64,000 nt of DNA, taken from NCBI GenBank assembly GCA_038205115.1, contig JBBRCE010000022.1, positions 7,338-71,337 of the forward strand. Reading direction: 5' to 3'. Every line of letters starts with the position of its first letter. The first letter of the stretch is position 1. The notes under the pieces were generated by a model. That model searched no databases. It saw nothing but the letters and a program-made list of their open reading frames with translations, and was not told where the DNA came from. The DNA is from Pirellulales bacterium (GTDB lineage Bacteria > Planctomycetota > Planctomycetia > Pirellulales > JBBRCE01). Position numbers and translations under genes: made by a program. Below, piece by piece: positions 16,422-26,793 of this stretch.

Positions 16422-18278
16422 CTAATGCTTGGTTGTAAACTCGGTGGAATTGACCAGGCTCCACAACAAATCTTCGAACGCAGCGCCGCGGTTATTCAGC
16501 CGCTTGATATGCGCCAGGACAATGCGCAGTTCGCCATCCGTCGGCTCGCGCGCCAGGACTTGTTCGTACAGGTGATCGATGGCCTTCCGATCGTTTTTCT
16601 CAGCAAGCAACACCTTGCTCAATTCGGTGCCGCTGCTCGGGTCGGCCTTAATAAACTGCTGCAAATCCTCGCGATTCATCAGCAGCAGCGCTTGGCCAAT
16701 GGTGGGCGGAACTTGTTCCGTGCGCAGCGAAGGATCGTAACCAAAACGATCGCTCACGGCGGCCAAAACCGGATTGTCGCTCGACGTTTGCGTCGCCGCG
16801 CTCGTGGCGACATCGGCGGGAGCTGTCCGCGCCGCGGCACTGCCGGAAATGGAAACCAGTGAAGCGTTGACCGTCGGCTTAGGACTGCCATCCGGCGTCA
16901 GCGTGTCTCTGCCTGCGGTGGCAATCGCCGCAGCGCTCGCCGTCGCGCCGCTTGCGACCGGTCGGGCCACGGCATCACCGAGCGCCGAATTGACCGTCTT
17001 GGCCAACAGTTTGACTTCTTTGGCCGAAACGAGGCCCATGATTGGATCCTTGCCGACAACGCGTCGGCCCAGTTTTCGGATCGGCTGCGATGGAATTCCT
17101 AACGACGCCACAAGCTCTTGGTAGACCTCGTCGCTCCGCAATCGCCGCGGCGCGGATGCGGCATGAGCTTTTGAGGAACCGGCCGTGGCAACCTGCCGCT
17201 GATAGGTCTCGGTGTTGAGAATCAAACGAAACAGACCCTTCACGTCATACCCCGATGCGATGAAGTGTTGCGTCAATGCCTCGTGCACGCGGGGCAGTTC
17301 GTGATCGCCATGGTCGGACATGTTGTCGACCGACGGATAGAATCCCTTGCCGGTGAGAACCGTCCAAACGCGATTCACATAAGCCTTGGCAAACCACGGG
17401 TTGTCCGACGCGGTCATCCAATCGGCCAACGCAAAGCGTGGGTCCGTGGTAGTTTCTTCGAAATCCGCCACGGAATCGCCAGTGAACGTCACTGGCGATA
17501 GCGGCATGCGGACGAGTCCGGAATCCTTTGCGTCCGGCATCGAGTACGACGCCTCGGGCTCAAAGCAAACTTCCTTGGTGTCCGCATCCAGCCGACCGAA
17601 AAAGGCGGCCATTTGATGAAATTGGCGGCGCTTCCAATCGTCAAACGGGTGGTCGTGGCACTCGGCGCATTGAATATTGACGCCCAGAAAAATACGCGAA
17701 ACTTCCGTACTTAACTTGGCCGGATTGCCTTGATGAAAACCAATGAACGTGCCAGCCGGATTTTCCTCAATGCTGCCGGTTGCCGTCACGACGTCGCGCG
17801 TGATCTCGCTCCACGGCCGGTTGCGATTCAACTGCTCCGCCATCCAAGCCTTGAAGGGGCCGTAATCCAGATTGGCTTTTGTCGGCGGCGTTACGCGATA
17901 ACTGACGGTGTCGCACCAATAGTTGGCCCAATTCCCACCAAACTGCGACGCATTCAACAGCCGCTCGATCTCGCGCGAGCGCTTGTCGGGCTGATGATCG
18001 TTTTCGAACTCGTGAATCTCCGCATACGAGGGCTGCCGGCCGATCAGATCGAACGAAACGCGCCGCAGAAAATCGTCGTCGCTCACCAGCGGCGTGGTCA
18101 CCGGCGTTTCGATTTCGCCATCAATGATTTCATCAAGCGCAGGGCTGGTCAGACAGCGAGATTTCTTCGCACCGTGGGCTGAATTCGCCACGAATAGCGC
18201 GCAGAGCATCACCCCCAGCACGTAACGGAAACGGAAGCGCATCATAGGTTGTCGAGTCACCGCGGCAACACTGCTCAT
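16422..18278 (-). CDS. DUF1549/DUF1553 (PSD-type) protein
   Basis: DDFLRRVSFDLIGRQPSYAEIHEF (DUF1549), CAECHDHPFDDWKRRQFHQMAAFF, and a C-terminal DUF1553-like block (IGQALLLMNRED...WSLVNSTEF). The start may instead be Met12 (18245, MMRFRFRYVLGVML signal peptide). Confidence 0.8.
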   Translation of the reverse strand: MSSVAAVTRQPMMRFRFRYVLGVMLCALFVANSAHGAKKSRCLTSPALDEIIDGEIETPVTTPLVSDDDFLRRVSFDLIGRQPSYAEIHEFENDHQPDKRSREIERLLNASQFGGNWANYWCDTVSYRVTPPTKANLDYGPFKAWMAEQLNRNRPWSEITRDVVTATGSIEENPAGTFIGFHQGNPAKLSTEVSRIFLGVNIQCAECHDHPFDDWKRRQFHQMAAFFGRLDADTKEVCFEPEASYSMPDAKDSGLVRMPLSPVTFTGDSVADFEETTTDPRFALADWMTASDNPWFAKAYVNRVWTVLTGKGFYPSVDNMSDHGDHELPRVHEALTQHFIASGYDVKGLFRLILNTETYQRQVATAGSSKAHAASAPRRLRSDEVYQELVASLGIPSQPIRKLGRRVVGKDPIMGLVSAKEVKLLAKTVNSALGDAVARPVASGATASAAAIATAGRDTLTPDGSPKPTVNASLVSISGSAAARTAPADVATSAATQTSSDNPVLAAVSDRFGYDPSLRTEQVPPTIGQALLLMNREDLQQFIKADPSSGTELSKVLLAEKNDRKAIDHLYEQVLAREPTDGELRIVLAHIKRLNNRGAAFEDLLWSLVNSTEFTTKH

Positions 18279-18919
18279 GGTTCGATCGAGCCCCGATTCA
18301 CGAGGGCACCATAGATCCCAATTGATCCGATCAAAACTTCAGCAGTCCGCACGCGCAGACGTAAGGAGGTAGGACGCATCGGTGTGTGTTTGTGTCTATT
18401 CCGCTTGTCGTGGATATCGCCAAGCGTCTGACAGCAGTTTATCAGCCGCGTTGTAAAAAGTAAATAAAAGACTAACATGCGGCCAACCGCTGCGAATCGC
18501 CGTCAAAACATCAGTCAGGCACATCGACCTTACCCCGCACCAATACCGGCGCGAGGTCAAAAACGCTGCCGCCAACGAGTCCACCCAGCTAGCTCGTTCG
18601 ACACTTGCACGCCGCGCTCATGAATCGCTGGCCGCCAGGCCTCAACGTTCGCCCAGTTGCGATCCGTCCTCGATCGGCTGCCTGACTTTGGCCGAATGCC
18701 TTGAAAAGTCGCTACAACACAACCGGCGGACACTTCGCAAAAAACGTTCGAAACTCGCCCAGGCAGTTTTCGGCGACTCTCTGGAATACGTTTGCCGAAC
18801 CGCCTCGGTTCGTCAACAGTGGAGCAACGCTGGCATTTCATGGTTGTCTGGCAACGGTGCGTTAGCTACGATAAGAAAGTCGGATTGGCACCCAAGCCCC
18901 CACGTTGAGTCAGTTGCGC

Positions 18920-19768
18920 ATGGCAATCGAATTCCTGTGTCCTAACGGTCATAAACTGAGCTGCGGAGAAGAACGCGCCGGCCGGACAGCCAAATGCCCT
19001 AAGTGCGGCGTGGCCGTGCAAATTCCATCGTCGTCCACGTCGGTCGGGGGCACAACGGCCGGGGGCACAACGACCGGGGGTACAACCGCAACTGGTTCGG
19101 GCATCTTCAATCCCGCCAGCGGCAGCGACACTCGCCCGCGCGATTCTGGCGAGCTGCAAGTTGGCTCGGGCATTGGCACCAACACAATCACCTTTTATTG
19201 CCCCAACGGTCATAAGCTCAGCGGATCGATCAAGCTGCAAGGGCGCACCGGACAATGCCCACACTGCAGCGAGAAGTTTCGGATTCCATCGCTTGAAGAA
19301 CTTGAGGCGGCCCAGGCGCCCGCCGCCGAGCCTGAGTCGGGCGGCGGACTGACAGGCTTGTGGGATACCGCCTCAGCTGCGGCACCGGCGGCCGACGAGC
19401 CTCACGAACCAGAACCAACCGAGGCACAGCTTGATGTGGAATTCGGCGTTCCGGCCAACGAAACGATCGCGACGGCCGACCCTGACTTCAATTATTTCGA
19501 AATGCCGGAAGAAGCGCACCCACTCTGCCGGTTGTTCGATAAGCTGTGGGAAGAAAAAACGCATGGCGGCATTGTCGAGTTGCACATTCGCGATGCCGGC
19601 ACGCTGGTGCCCGATTGGTTCGAGCGGCGTTTGTCACTCGAGTCGCACGGGCTGTTTGCGGTTCAGGCGGCCGACGGGACGCTAACGCTCACGGCCGTCG
19701 CTTGGGAGTCGGTCATTCGTGTGGTCGTTCGAAATGTCGTAGCGCTGCCCGAAGGCATGTTCGAGTAA
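18920..19768 (+). CDS. double zinc-ribbon protein, function unknown
   Basis: The track ORF starts on TTG at 18905 and the first ATG is at 18920 ([14 protein letters not shown]). There are two copies of F-x-CPNGHKLS...G-x-CP-x-C. An acidic linker and a ~90-aa C-terminal domain follow. Confidence 0.65.
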   Translation: MAIEFLCPNGHKLSCGEERAGRTAKCPKCGVAVQIPSSSTSVGGTTAGGTTTGGTTATGSGIFNPASGSDTRPRDSGELQVGSGIGTNTITFYCPNGHKLSGSIKLQGRTGQCPHCSEKFRIPSLEELEAAQAPAAEPESGGGLTGLWDTASAAAPAADEPHEPEPTEAQLDVEFGVPANETIATADPDFNYFEMPEEAHPLCRLFDKLWEEKTHGGIVELHIRDAGTLVPDWFERRLSLESHGLFAVQAADGTLTLTAVAWESVIRVVVRNVVALPEGMFE

Positions 19769-19814
19769 ACCGACCGCGGCAACGACGACTCCATTTTCAA
19801 TTCGATCGGAATCC

Positions 19815-20528
19815 ATGGCGGAACTGGGCGTAAACATCGATCACGTGGCGACCGTGCGGCAAGCGCGGCAAACGTACGAACCGGACCCCGTCTGGGCGGC
19901 GGCGCTGGCCGAACTTGGCGGAGCCGACGGCATTACGCTGCACCTCCGTGAAGATCGCCGGCATATTCAAGATCGCGACTTGCGACTGCTCCGCGAAACC
20001 ACGACCGTCAAACTGAATCTCGAACTGGCCTGCAGTTCGGACGTGGTCGACATCGCTTGCCAACTCAAACCGGATCAAGCCACCTTGGTGCCGGAACGCC
20101 GGCAGGAAGTCACCACCGAAGGCGGGCTCGACGTCGGCACGTTCCAGCAAGAAACGGCCACCGCCATCAAGCGTTTGCAGGCTGCCGGGATTGTCGTGAG
20201 CCTGTTCCTTGACGCTAATCCACGACAGATCGAACTGGCCCATCAGTTGGGCGCGGACGCCGTGGAATTGCACACCGGCCAATATGCCTTGGCGCGAACG
20301 GGCAAACCGCAACAGCAAGAACTGATCTTGCTCGCGCGCGGTGCCGAGCAAATCCGCAGCCTGGGCATGACTCTCAACGCCGGCCATGGTTTGACGTATC
20401 GCAACGTACGCCCAATCGCGCAGTTGCCCGGTATGGCGGAGTTGAATATCGGTCACAGCATCGTGGCCCGCGCCATCATGGTGGGGTTTCAGCAAGCGGT
20501 GCGCGAAATGAAAGATTTGATCCGCTGA
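19815..20528 (+). CDS. pdxJ: pyridoxine 5'-phosphate synthase
   Basis: [15 protein letters not shown]...HLREDRRHI...ELHTGQYA...NAGHGL are PdxJ signatures. Confidence 0.92.
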   Translation: MAELGVNIDHVATVRQARQTYEPDPVWAAALAELGGADGITLHLREDRRHIQDRDLRLLRETTTVKLNLELACSSDVVDIACQLKPDQATLVPERRQEVTTEGGLDVGTFQQETATAIKRLQAAGIVVSLFLDANPRQIELAHQLGADAVELHTGQYALARTGKPQQQELILLARGAEQIRSLGMTLNAGHGLTYRNVRPIAQLPGMAELNIGHSIVARAIMVGFQQAVREMKDLIR

Positions 20529-20722
20529 CGAGCCTTTCGGCAAATCGTATCTCGCAAATATTGCGGCCGTTGCCGAGCTCGCAAATCAAGTTTTCAAAAC
20601 TGGGCGTCGAACCACGCCGAGAATCGCGACGACTTTTCGTGGGAATTACCTTGACCGGCCCGCGCGCCTTCTGCTATGAATTACGGCAGGTTTGATCCAT
20701 GCTTTGCGGTGAAGGATCGGCA

Positions 20723-21913
20723 ATGCGACGTCGCTTGCGAGGGTTTACCCTCGTCGAACTTCTGGTGGTCATCGCCATCATCTCAATTTTGTTGGCACTG
20801 CTGCTACCGGCGGTGAACAGCGTGCGCGGTTCTGCACGCCGCACGCAGTGCCTCAACAATCTACACAACCTGGCGTTGGGCGTGCTGCAATGCGAAGAGC
20901 ACCAAGAAACGCTGCCGACATACTTTGGTAACTTTCCGGCGCACAGTGGAACACGTATCAACGGTAGTTGGTTCGTGCATATCATGCCGTATGTCGACGA
21001 AAGTACGGAATACCATCAGATCGAACGGTTGCCTTCGGCATTAACCTCCGAGACCACCGGCGCGACCAAAGTCCTGGTCACGCCGGCCAGTTCCGATTAC
21101 GCCGCCGCGCGCTGGGATAACAACGGCGGCCACTTCGAAACGATCGTCACTGGCGACACGGGGCAAACCACCGATCACGTGGGCCATACCTATCAAACCG
21201 GCGGCGTGCAAACACAACAAGTTTGGGTCGGTCCGCCACGCATTTGGGTGCCGCAAGTTGGCACTCCGGCGGTTTACTCCACGCCAGGCGTGGTCAGCTA
21301 CTACAAGATTCTCGCGCGGTCGCGCAAAGTGTTTCCGGTTTTGCAGTGCTACGCCGACCCCAGCGATTTCCGCCCAAATCAAAAAGTCATTTGGAAGGAT
21401 AATTCTGAGTGGTCGTTCACAAACTACCAGGCCAATGTCCAGGCATTTGGCACGTTTACGGATGCCAAACGAACGGTGTTTAGCGCCGCCATTCCGACAA
21501 CCACCACCAACATCCGCGACGGAAAATCGCAAACCATCATGCTCGCCGAAGGCATGCGCTACTGCGATTCCAGCTATCGCCTGGCGTTTTGGAGCGATTC
21601 CAACTTTCAGAACTCGCATAATTTTGGCATCGATTGGAAAGCCCGGCGCAATACCTGGATGTTCCAATCGCGCGCAGGCCGCACCACTTGCAACAATTGG
21701 CGCGTGCAGGCCAATCACGGCAACTTAATCAACGTCTCCATGTTTGACGGCAGTGTCCGCTCAATCAGCAAAGACATCTCTCGCAAGGAAATCACCGATC
21801 CCGACGTCGAAGGCACCGAGTCTGGTGTCGATCCGCAAGTCGGCACGGTCAACGGCACCTGGGACCGGTTGATGCTACCCAACGATCGCGAAGCCATTCA
21901 GGACGATTTCTAA
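20723..21913 (+). CDS. DUF1559 protein with prepilin-type N-terminal cleavage/methylation segment (H-X9-DG family)
   Basis: [25 protein letters not shown] pilin-like N-terminus. C-terminal [13 protein letters not shown] fits H-X9-DG. The start was taken at the ATG at 20723, after GAAGGA. Confidence 0.85.
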   Translation: MRRRLRGFTLVELLVVIAIISILLALLLPAVNSVRGSARRTQCLNNLHNLALGVLQCEEHQETLPTYFGNFPAHSGTRINGSWFVHIMPYVDESTEYHQIERLPSALTSETTGATKVLVTPASSDYAAARWDNNGGHFETIVTGDTGQTTDHVGHTYQTGGVQTQQVWVGPPRIWVPQVGTPAVYSTPGVVSYYKILARSRKVFPVLQCYADPSDFRPNQKVIWKDNSEWSFTNYQANVQAFGTFTDAKRTVFSAAIPTTTTNIRDGKSQTIMLAEGMRYCDSSYRLAFWSDSNFQNSHNFGIDWKARRNTWMFQSRAGRTTCNNWRVQANHGNLINVSMFDGSVRSISKDISRKEITDPDVEGTESGVDPQVGTVNGTWDRLMLPNDREAIQDDF

Positions 21914-22327
21914 ATGGCCGATTTGCCCGTTTCGCCCACAGCATCGCGCGCTGTCGCTTGCCGCGGCCTAATGATTTTGCTCTGCGGCTTGCTCGCGTTG
22001 GCAGGCGGATGTGCGGCGGATACGGTGCAATCCGGTCAAGCCGATGTTCAGGCGCTCACCGGCAGCGACGCCGCAGCGCAATTGCTGGCCGCGCGGCGTA
22101 TTGGCGATGCCCATTGGGTGCCGCCGGCAGCCGTGCAGCCGTTGGTCAAACTGCTCAGTTCGAACGATGTCAAATTGCGTCGCGCCGCGGCTGATGCCCT
22201 GGCGTGTCTCGATGCCGCGGCCGGACGTGAGATCACGCCCGCCATTTTGGCGGCTCAAAAGACCGAACGCGACAACGGCGTACGGGCGGTGCTTGAGAAA
22301 TCCATCGAGCGTTTCAATGCCCCGTGA
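21914..22327 (+). CDS. HEAT-repeat lipoprotein
   Basis: Lipobox LLALAGGC. HEAT-like LLAARRIGDAHWVPPAAVQPLVKLLSSNDVKLRRAAADALACL. The ATG directly abuts the TAA of the upstream gene. Confidence 0.65.
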   Translation: MADLPVSPTASRAVACRGLMILLCGLLALAGGCAADTVQSGQADVQALTGSDAAAQLLAARRIGDAHWVPPAAVQPLVKLLSSNDVKLRRAAADALACLDAAAGREITPAILAAQKTERDNGVRAVLEKSIERFNAP

Positions 22328-22441
22328 GTGGAAAACAGCGACGCTTGATTTAGGGACTCGCGGAGGTCACAATTTCCCTTGCTCGTCGAGAGGAATTGGA
22401 ATGCCGAAATCGAACCACCCGTTTAGCATGAGGAGTGACAG

Positions 22442-22837
22442 ATGATTTTGGGAGCGGAGATTGCGATAACACTATTCGGTCTCATGGCGTTGATCAACGG
22501 CAAATGGTCAATCGGCAAAGAGGGACATATCATCGGTGGACGAGCGCGTCTTTTGGGAGCACTGGCCGTGGCAACGGTGCCGGTGATCGTTATCGTGTTG
22601 TTCGGCATTGCATTGATGATCTTCGCCGCTCAAGGTGAACGAGCCGAAGTTACGCTCAAATCTCCAGCGTTTACGATTGGTGGTGAGATTGGCACACTTG
22701 TCCTTTGGTTGATTTTTTTTTGTGCTCGCCAAAATATTCGGCAAATCGAACCTCGCTCCCCAAGATCCTCCAGTGAGCTGATCCAACCGCGACCTCGCGA
22801 TCGTCAACAATTGTTGGCAATGATTGTCGGACGCTGA
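22442..22837 (+). CDS. small membrane protein, function unknown
   Basis: Three predicted TM helices. GAGGAG lies upstream of the ATG. A T9 homopolymer sits inside the coding sequence (22713-22721). Confidence 0.55.
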   Translation: MILGAEIAITLFGLMALINGKWSIGKEGHIIGGRARLLGALAVATVPVIVIVLFGIALMIFAAQGERAEVTLKSPAFTIGGEIGTLVLWLIFFCARQNIRQIEPRSPRSSSELIQPRPRDRQQLLAMIVGR

Positions 22838-22868
22838 AACAGATCAGGCATTGCATTTACCGACGATC

Positions 22869-23147
22869 TCACGACCCCGTCATTGGCGTTTGCTTGGTTG
22901 TAATCCCAGGGCAGGTCTCCGCCATTTCAGCATTCAGCTTGATGAAGTCGCGCCACTTGGCCGGCACGTTGTCTTCGTAAAAGATCGCTTCGGTAGGGCA
23001 CTCGAACGCGCAGGCGTTGCAATCGGTGCAGCTATTCGGATCGATGTACAGCATGTTTTCGCCTTTGTGAAAACAATCGCAGGGGCAAACCACCACGCAG
23101 TCGGTGTGATTGCAGCCAAAGCAGGGCGCGGTAACGACAAATGCCAT
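22869..23147 (-). CDS. 7Fe-type ferredoxin (FdxA-like, [3Fe-4S][4Fe-4S])
   Basis: ORF trimmed to MAFVVTAPCFGCNHTDCVVVCPCDCFHKGENMLYIDPNSCTDCNACAFECPTEAI, colinear with Azotobacter-type ferredoxin I. Confidence 0.85.
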   Translation of the reverse strand: MAFVVTAPCFGCNHTDCVVVCPCDCFHKGENMLYIDPNSCTDCNACAFECPTEAIFYEDNVPAKWRDFIKLNAEMAETCPGITTKQTPMTGS

Positions 23148-23174
23148 TTTTGGAAATCCTTGATGTGAAGTGAT

Positions 23175-23894
23175 ATGCTGACATTGAGTACATGCCCGGA
23201 CGTTGAGTGTTTTGGCCACAACGCAAAAAAGATTTCCAAGAATTTTCCGCCGCATTTCGGAACTTGTCGTAAAACAGCTTGGCATCGATCTGTGAATCAC
23301 GAATCGTGGACTTCGTCTGAACTCCTGGCCAACGTGCGAGCGGGCGACGAGCAGGCCGCGGCGGCAATTTTCGAGCGCTATGTGCAGCGATTGACGTTGT
23401 TAGCCCGCGCGCGGCTCTCACCACGCTTGGCCAGCCGTAGCGATCCGGAGGACATTGTGATGTCCGCCTGGCGAAGCTTTTTTGTCGCCGCGCGTGCTGG
23501 TCGTTTTAAATTGGAACGAAGCGGCGATCTTTGGCGGCTGCTCGTTTCGATCACCATGCACAAGCTCTACCGTCAGGTCCGCCGCGATTCAGCAGTTAAA
23601 CGCGCCATCGGCCGCGAGCAATCGGTCGATTGGCACGACGATCATTGGCAGCCGATCGACGATCGCGAGCCGACGCCGGACGAAGCGGTTACGCTCGCCG
23701 ATGAACTTGAGTCGATCCTGGCGCGGCTCGAACCAGTGCGACGCCGCGTTCTGGAATTACGGTTACAGGATGAACCACTGCCTGTGATCGCGCGTGAAAC
23801 GGGGCGCTCCGAGCGTACGGTCCGCCGTATCTTGGCGGAACTCGACCAGCAACTTCGCGAACTGCTGCTCACGCAACGGCAGTCCGATGAGTAA
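23175..23894 (+). CDS. ECF-type RNA polymerase sigma factor
   Basis: TSSELLANVRAGDEQAAAAIFERYV, region 2 DPEDIVMSAWRSFF, region 4 RRVLELRLQDEPLPVIARETGRSERTVRRIL. The true start may be the GTG at 23292, since the first 39 codons are Cys/His-rich and leave only 27 nt to the divergent ferredoxin gene. Confidence 0.75.
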   Translation: MLTLSTCPDVECFGHNAKKISKNFPPHFGTCRKTAWHRSVNHESWTSSELLANVRAGDEQAAAAIFERYVQRLTLLARARLSPRLASRSDPEDIVMSAWRSFFVAARAGRFKLERSGDLWRLLVSITMHKLYRQVRRDSAVKRAIGREQSVDWHDDHWQPIDDREPTPDEAVTLADELESILARLEPVRRRVLELRLQDEPLPVIARETGRSERTVRRILAELDQQLRELLLTQRQSDE

Positions 23895-25191
23895 GACGGA
23901 ATCGTTCGAACACAGAGTCGCCGCTTTCGAAGCGGCCTGGCGAACGGGCACGCCGCCGCCGGACATTGCCGATTATCTCTCGTCGGGCGCACAGGTCACG
24001 ATGGAAATTCAGCAGCTACTCATGCGCGAGTTGATCTGCATCGATCTAGAAATGCGCTGGCGTCACTCGCAAGACAAAAGTGTCACCGTCAAACCGTTGG
24101 CAATCGAACACTACTTGCAGCGGTTTCATCCCGCGGACGCGGACGAGTCGCTTTGGCAGGAGCTGATTGCCGAGGAATATCGAGCGCGGCACCGCTGGGG
24201 TGATCGCCCCACGGCAACGAGCTACTTCCAGAAGTTTCCGCAACTGCGCGAAGTCCTTGCGTCGCGGCTGTGCGACATTGATCGAGAACTACAGATCGAA
24301 AGGGGCGAACCGCGGCACGCCGAATCGCCGTCGGTAAGCGTTAGGAATGAAGATCTGGCAATCGCAATCGGCGGACGCGCTCCGCTCGATTATGCGGATT
24401 TTGTACTGGAAAAGTTAATCGGCGCCGGCCGAACCGGAAAGGTCTATCGCGCGCGGCAAATCAGCACCGGCCGAAATGTGGCGATTAAATATTTGCGCAA
24501 AGAGTTCATGCGACAGTCGGCCGTCGTACAGCGATTTATCGTCGAGGCCGCGACGATTTCGCACTTCGATCATTCGGAAATCGTCTCGCTGGTTGGCCTG
24601 GGCAAGACCGCCCGATCCTATTTTATCGCTATGGAATTGGTCGATGGTCCCGATCTGGCCAAAGTCATTCGGCGCGGATCAATTCCGATCGCAACCGCGC
24701 TGCACTGGACTCGGCAAGCGTGCGGGGCACTTGCGCATGCACACAATCGTGGAATCATTCATTGCGATTTGAAACCAGGCAATCTGTTCTTGGATGCTCA
24801 CGAACGCATCCACGTTACTGATTTTGGTATTGCGCACAATCTGGCGACGGAGCCTTCCGCTTCCACCTCTTTGCAAGGCACGGCACCATTCATGGCGCCA
24901 GAACAAGTTTCGGGATATTGGGGTCCGATCGGTCCGCGGACCGATGTTTACGGATTGGGCGCGGTGCTGTTCACGTTGCTGACAGGCCAGCCACCTTGGA
25001 CGGGGTCGCGAGTGGCTGACGTGCTGGCGCAAGTCGTTTCCGTCATGCCTGCCAGGGCAGTCAATCAATTGCGGCCAGACGTCTCAGAACAACTGGCGGA
25101 ACTCTGCGCAAGCTGCCTGGCCAAAGCGCCTGCGGAACGGCCATCGTCCATGCAAGCATTGGACGATGCATTGGGAATCGCCGAAACATGA
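23887..25191 (+). CDS. Ser/Thr protein kinase (N-terminal unknown domain plus Hanks kinase domain)
   Basis: ORF trimmed to MSKTESFEHRV, which overlaps the sigma gene by 8 nt. Motifs GRTGKVY, VAIKYL, HCDLKPGN, DFG and APE are present. Confidence 0.85.
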   Translation: MSKTESFEHRVAAFEAAWRTGTPPPDIADYLSSGAQVTMEIQQLLMRELICIDLEMRWRHSQDKSVTVKPLAIEHYLQRFHPADADESLWQELIAEEYRARHRWGDRPTATSYFQKFPQLREVLASRLCDIDRELQIERGEPRHAESPSVSVRNEDLAIAIGGRAPLDYADFVLEKLIGAGRTGKVYRARQISTGRNVAIKYLRKEFMRQSAVVQRFIVEAATISHFDHSEIVSLVGLGKTARSYFIAMELVDGPDLAKVIRRGSIPIATALHWTRQACGALAHAHNRGIIHCDLKPGNLFLDAHERIHVTDFGIAHNLATEPSASTSLQGTAPFMAPEQVSGYWGPIGPRTDVYGLGAVLFTLLTGQPPWTGSRVADVLAQVVSVMPARAVNQLRPDVSEQLAELCASCLAKAPAERPSSMQALDDALGIAET

Positions 25192-25446
25192 TCTTCGCCA
25201 CGAATGCGCTGCGGCCGGCAGCAGGCGGGCCGAGGGCGTCGTGTTTCCGCACCCAGCTTGCAGGCTGCTGGTCTCAACGGCTAACAGTAGAGGAAGCCGA
25301 GGCGCGTATCTCGTTGATAATCCAAGAGTATCTTGGAGCCCAGATCGCGCCGCCAAGAGCGGCTCTGCCACACGCTGCTTGAATTTGTGCTTGGCGGTTG
25401 GCATGATAGTGGCATCGTTTTGACCCCCTCTTGCCGGCGGCAGCAC

Positions 25447-26610
25447 ATGGCCACAACCTATACTTCCAAGATCGATGTCAAATGCTGGAAAGAGCACACC
25501 TGCGTCGGTTGCGGCGGATCGTTCGCCTACTTGTTCGAGCGAAAGATCAAAGGCACGGGGTCAACGGCCGCCGCTGCAACAGCGGCTGCGCGTACAGCGG
25601 CCGAAAAGGCCGTAAAATCGCAAGTCGACCAGCACCCTTGCCCAACGTGCGGGCTGTTTCAGCCTGACATGATCGGCGCGCAACGCGCGGCGCGCCATTG
25701 GTACGTGTTTTGGGCGGCAAGCGCGCTTGTTGGGCTGCAACTGTTGCTGTTGGCGTTCGGCGCGCTGACGGCCGTTGATGTGGCCTGGAGCATTTCGATT
25801 GGCCTGTTGGCGCTGACGGCCGTCAACTACGTGATTGCGGCGAAAAATCCCAATCGCGATCCCGAAAACAATCGCGCAGTAGCGCTCGAAAAAGTGAATT
25901 CCAAAACGCTGCACCTGGGGCAACCCGGCAGCGGCAGCGCGCCCGACCAGCAGTGGCTGCAGCCCGTCTGGTCCGTGGGGCAGTGGATCGCAATTGGCGC
26001 GTTGGTTTTCGCCAGCTTGTTGGCCGCGTTTGGAGAACAGGCGCGGTTCGTACACGGTTGGCCCGTTAGCGACGCATTTCATCCGGGCGTGGTTGGGCCG
26101 GGCGATTCCGCCTGGCTTTGGTTGCCGACCAAGATTAGCAGCGTCAAAAGCAATTGGTACGGAGCGCCGGTGGTGATGGCCCGCCCGGCCGATAAACCGG
26201 ATGCCGCGCCGTGGAATATTCCCGCCACGGCAAAACAAGACAACTGGGGCGATCATCTCAGTGTGAAGTCGTCGGAAACAGATTCGAGCAGTACGCTCTG
26301 GGTGCGGATCAAAGTGCCGGAAAAAGGCCAGGCTCAAGCCGGCCAAACCCTGCACTTGGACATCAGCATGCCCTACAGTTATCCGAAAATGCAGGGCGCC
26401 GGCGTGTTTAATGTTGAAAGCGGCGTTGCCAACCATTCCACTGACGTGGTGTTATCCGAGGCCGGCGCGGGGCAACTTTACAACAATATCTGGTGGATTG
26501 GAATCGGAGTCGGCATCTCGCTGTTCTTGCTCGGCACGTACTACCTGGCTCGCTGCGCAAACAACGATTGCAAACTGGCGATTCCCACCAAGGTGTCAAC
26601 GGTTGAGTAG
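25447..26610 (+). CDS. membrane protein with N-terminal zinc ribbon, function unknown
   Basis: ORF trimmed to MATTYTSKIDVKCWKEHTCVGCGG...HPCPTCG. It has TM helices, a ~170-aa extracytoplasmic segment and a C-terminal TM. Confidence 0.6.
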   Translation: MATTYTSKIDVKCWKEHTCVGCGGSFAYLFERKIKGTGSTAAAATAAARTAAEKAVKSQVDQHPCPTCGLFQPDMIGAQRAARHWYVFWAASALVGLQLLLLAFGALTAVDVAWSISIGLLALTAVNYVIAAKNPNRDPENNRAVALEKVNSKTLHLGQPGSGSAPDQQWLQPVWSVGQWIAIGALVFASLLAAFGEQARFVHGWPVSDAFHPGVVGPGDSAWLWLPTKISSVKSNWYGAPVVMARPADKPDAAPWNIPATAKQDNWGDHLSVKSSETDSSSTLWVRIKVPEKGQAQAGQTLHLDISMPYSYPKMQGAGVFNVESGVANHSTDVVLSEAGAGQLYNNIWWIGIGVGISLFLLGTYYLARCANNDCKLAIPTKVSTVE

Positions 26611-26793
26611 GACTTTCAGGCAGTCAACTGCCAAAAAAAATCGCGGGACCATGTATTGACGGCTGCGCACAGCGGGCCGTCGATCCCTATCGACCTCGGC
26701 CGGCTTGGAATATCATGGACGTCACGGCGCAATCTGCCGGTTAATGCGATTTTCCCCTATGTTCAGAAAGTCCGATTTTTCGGATCCGGTTTC

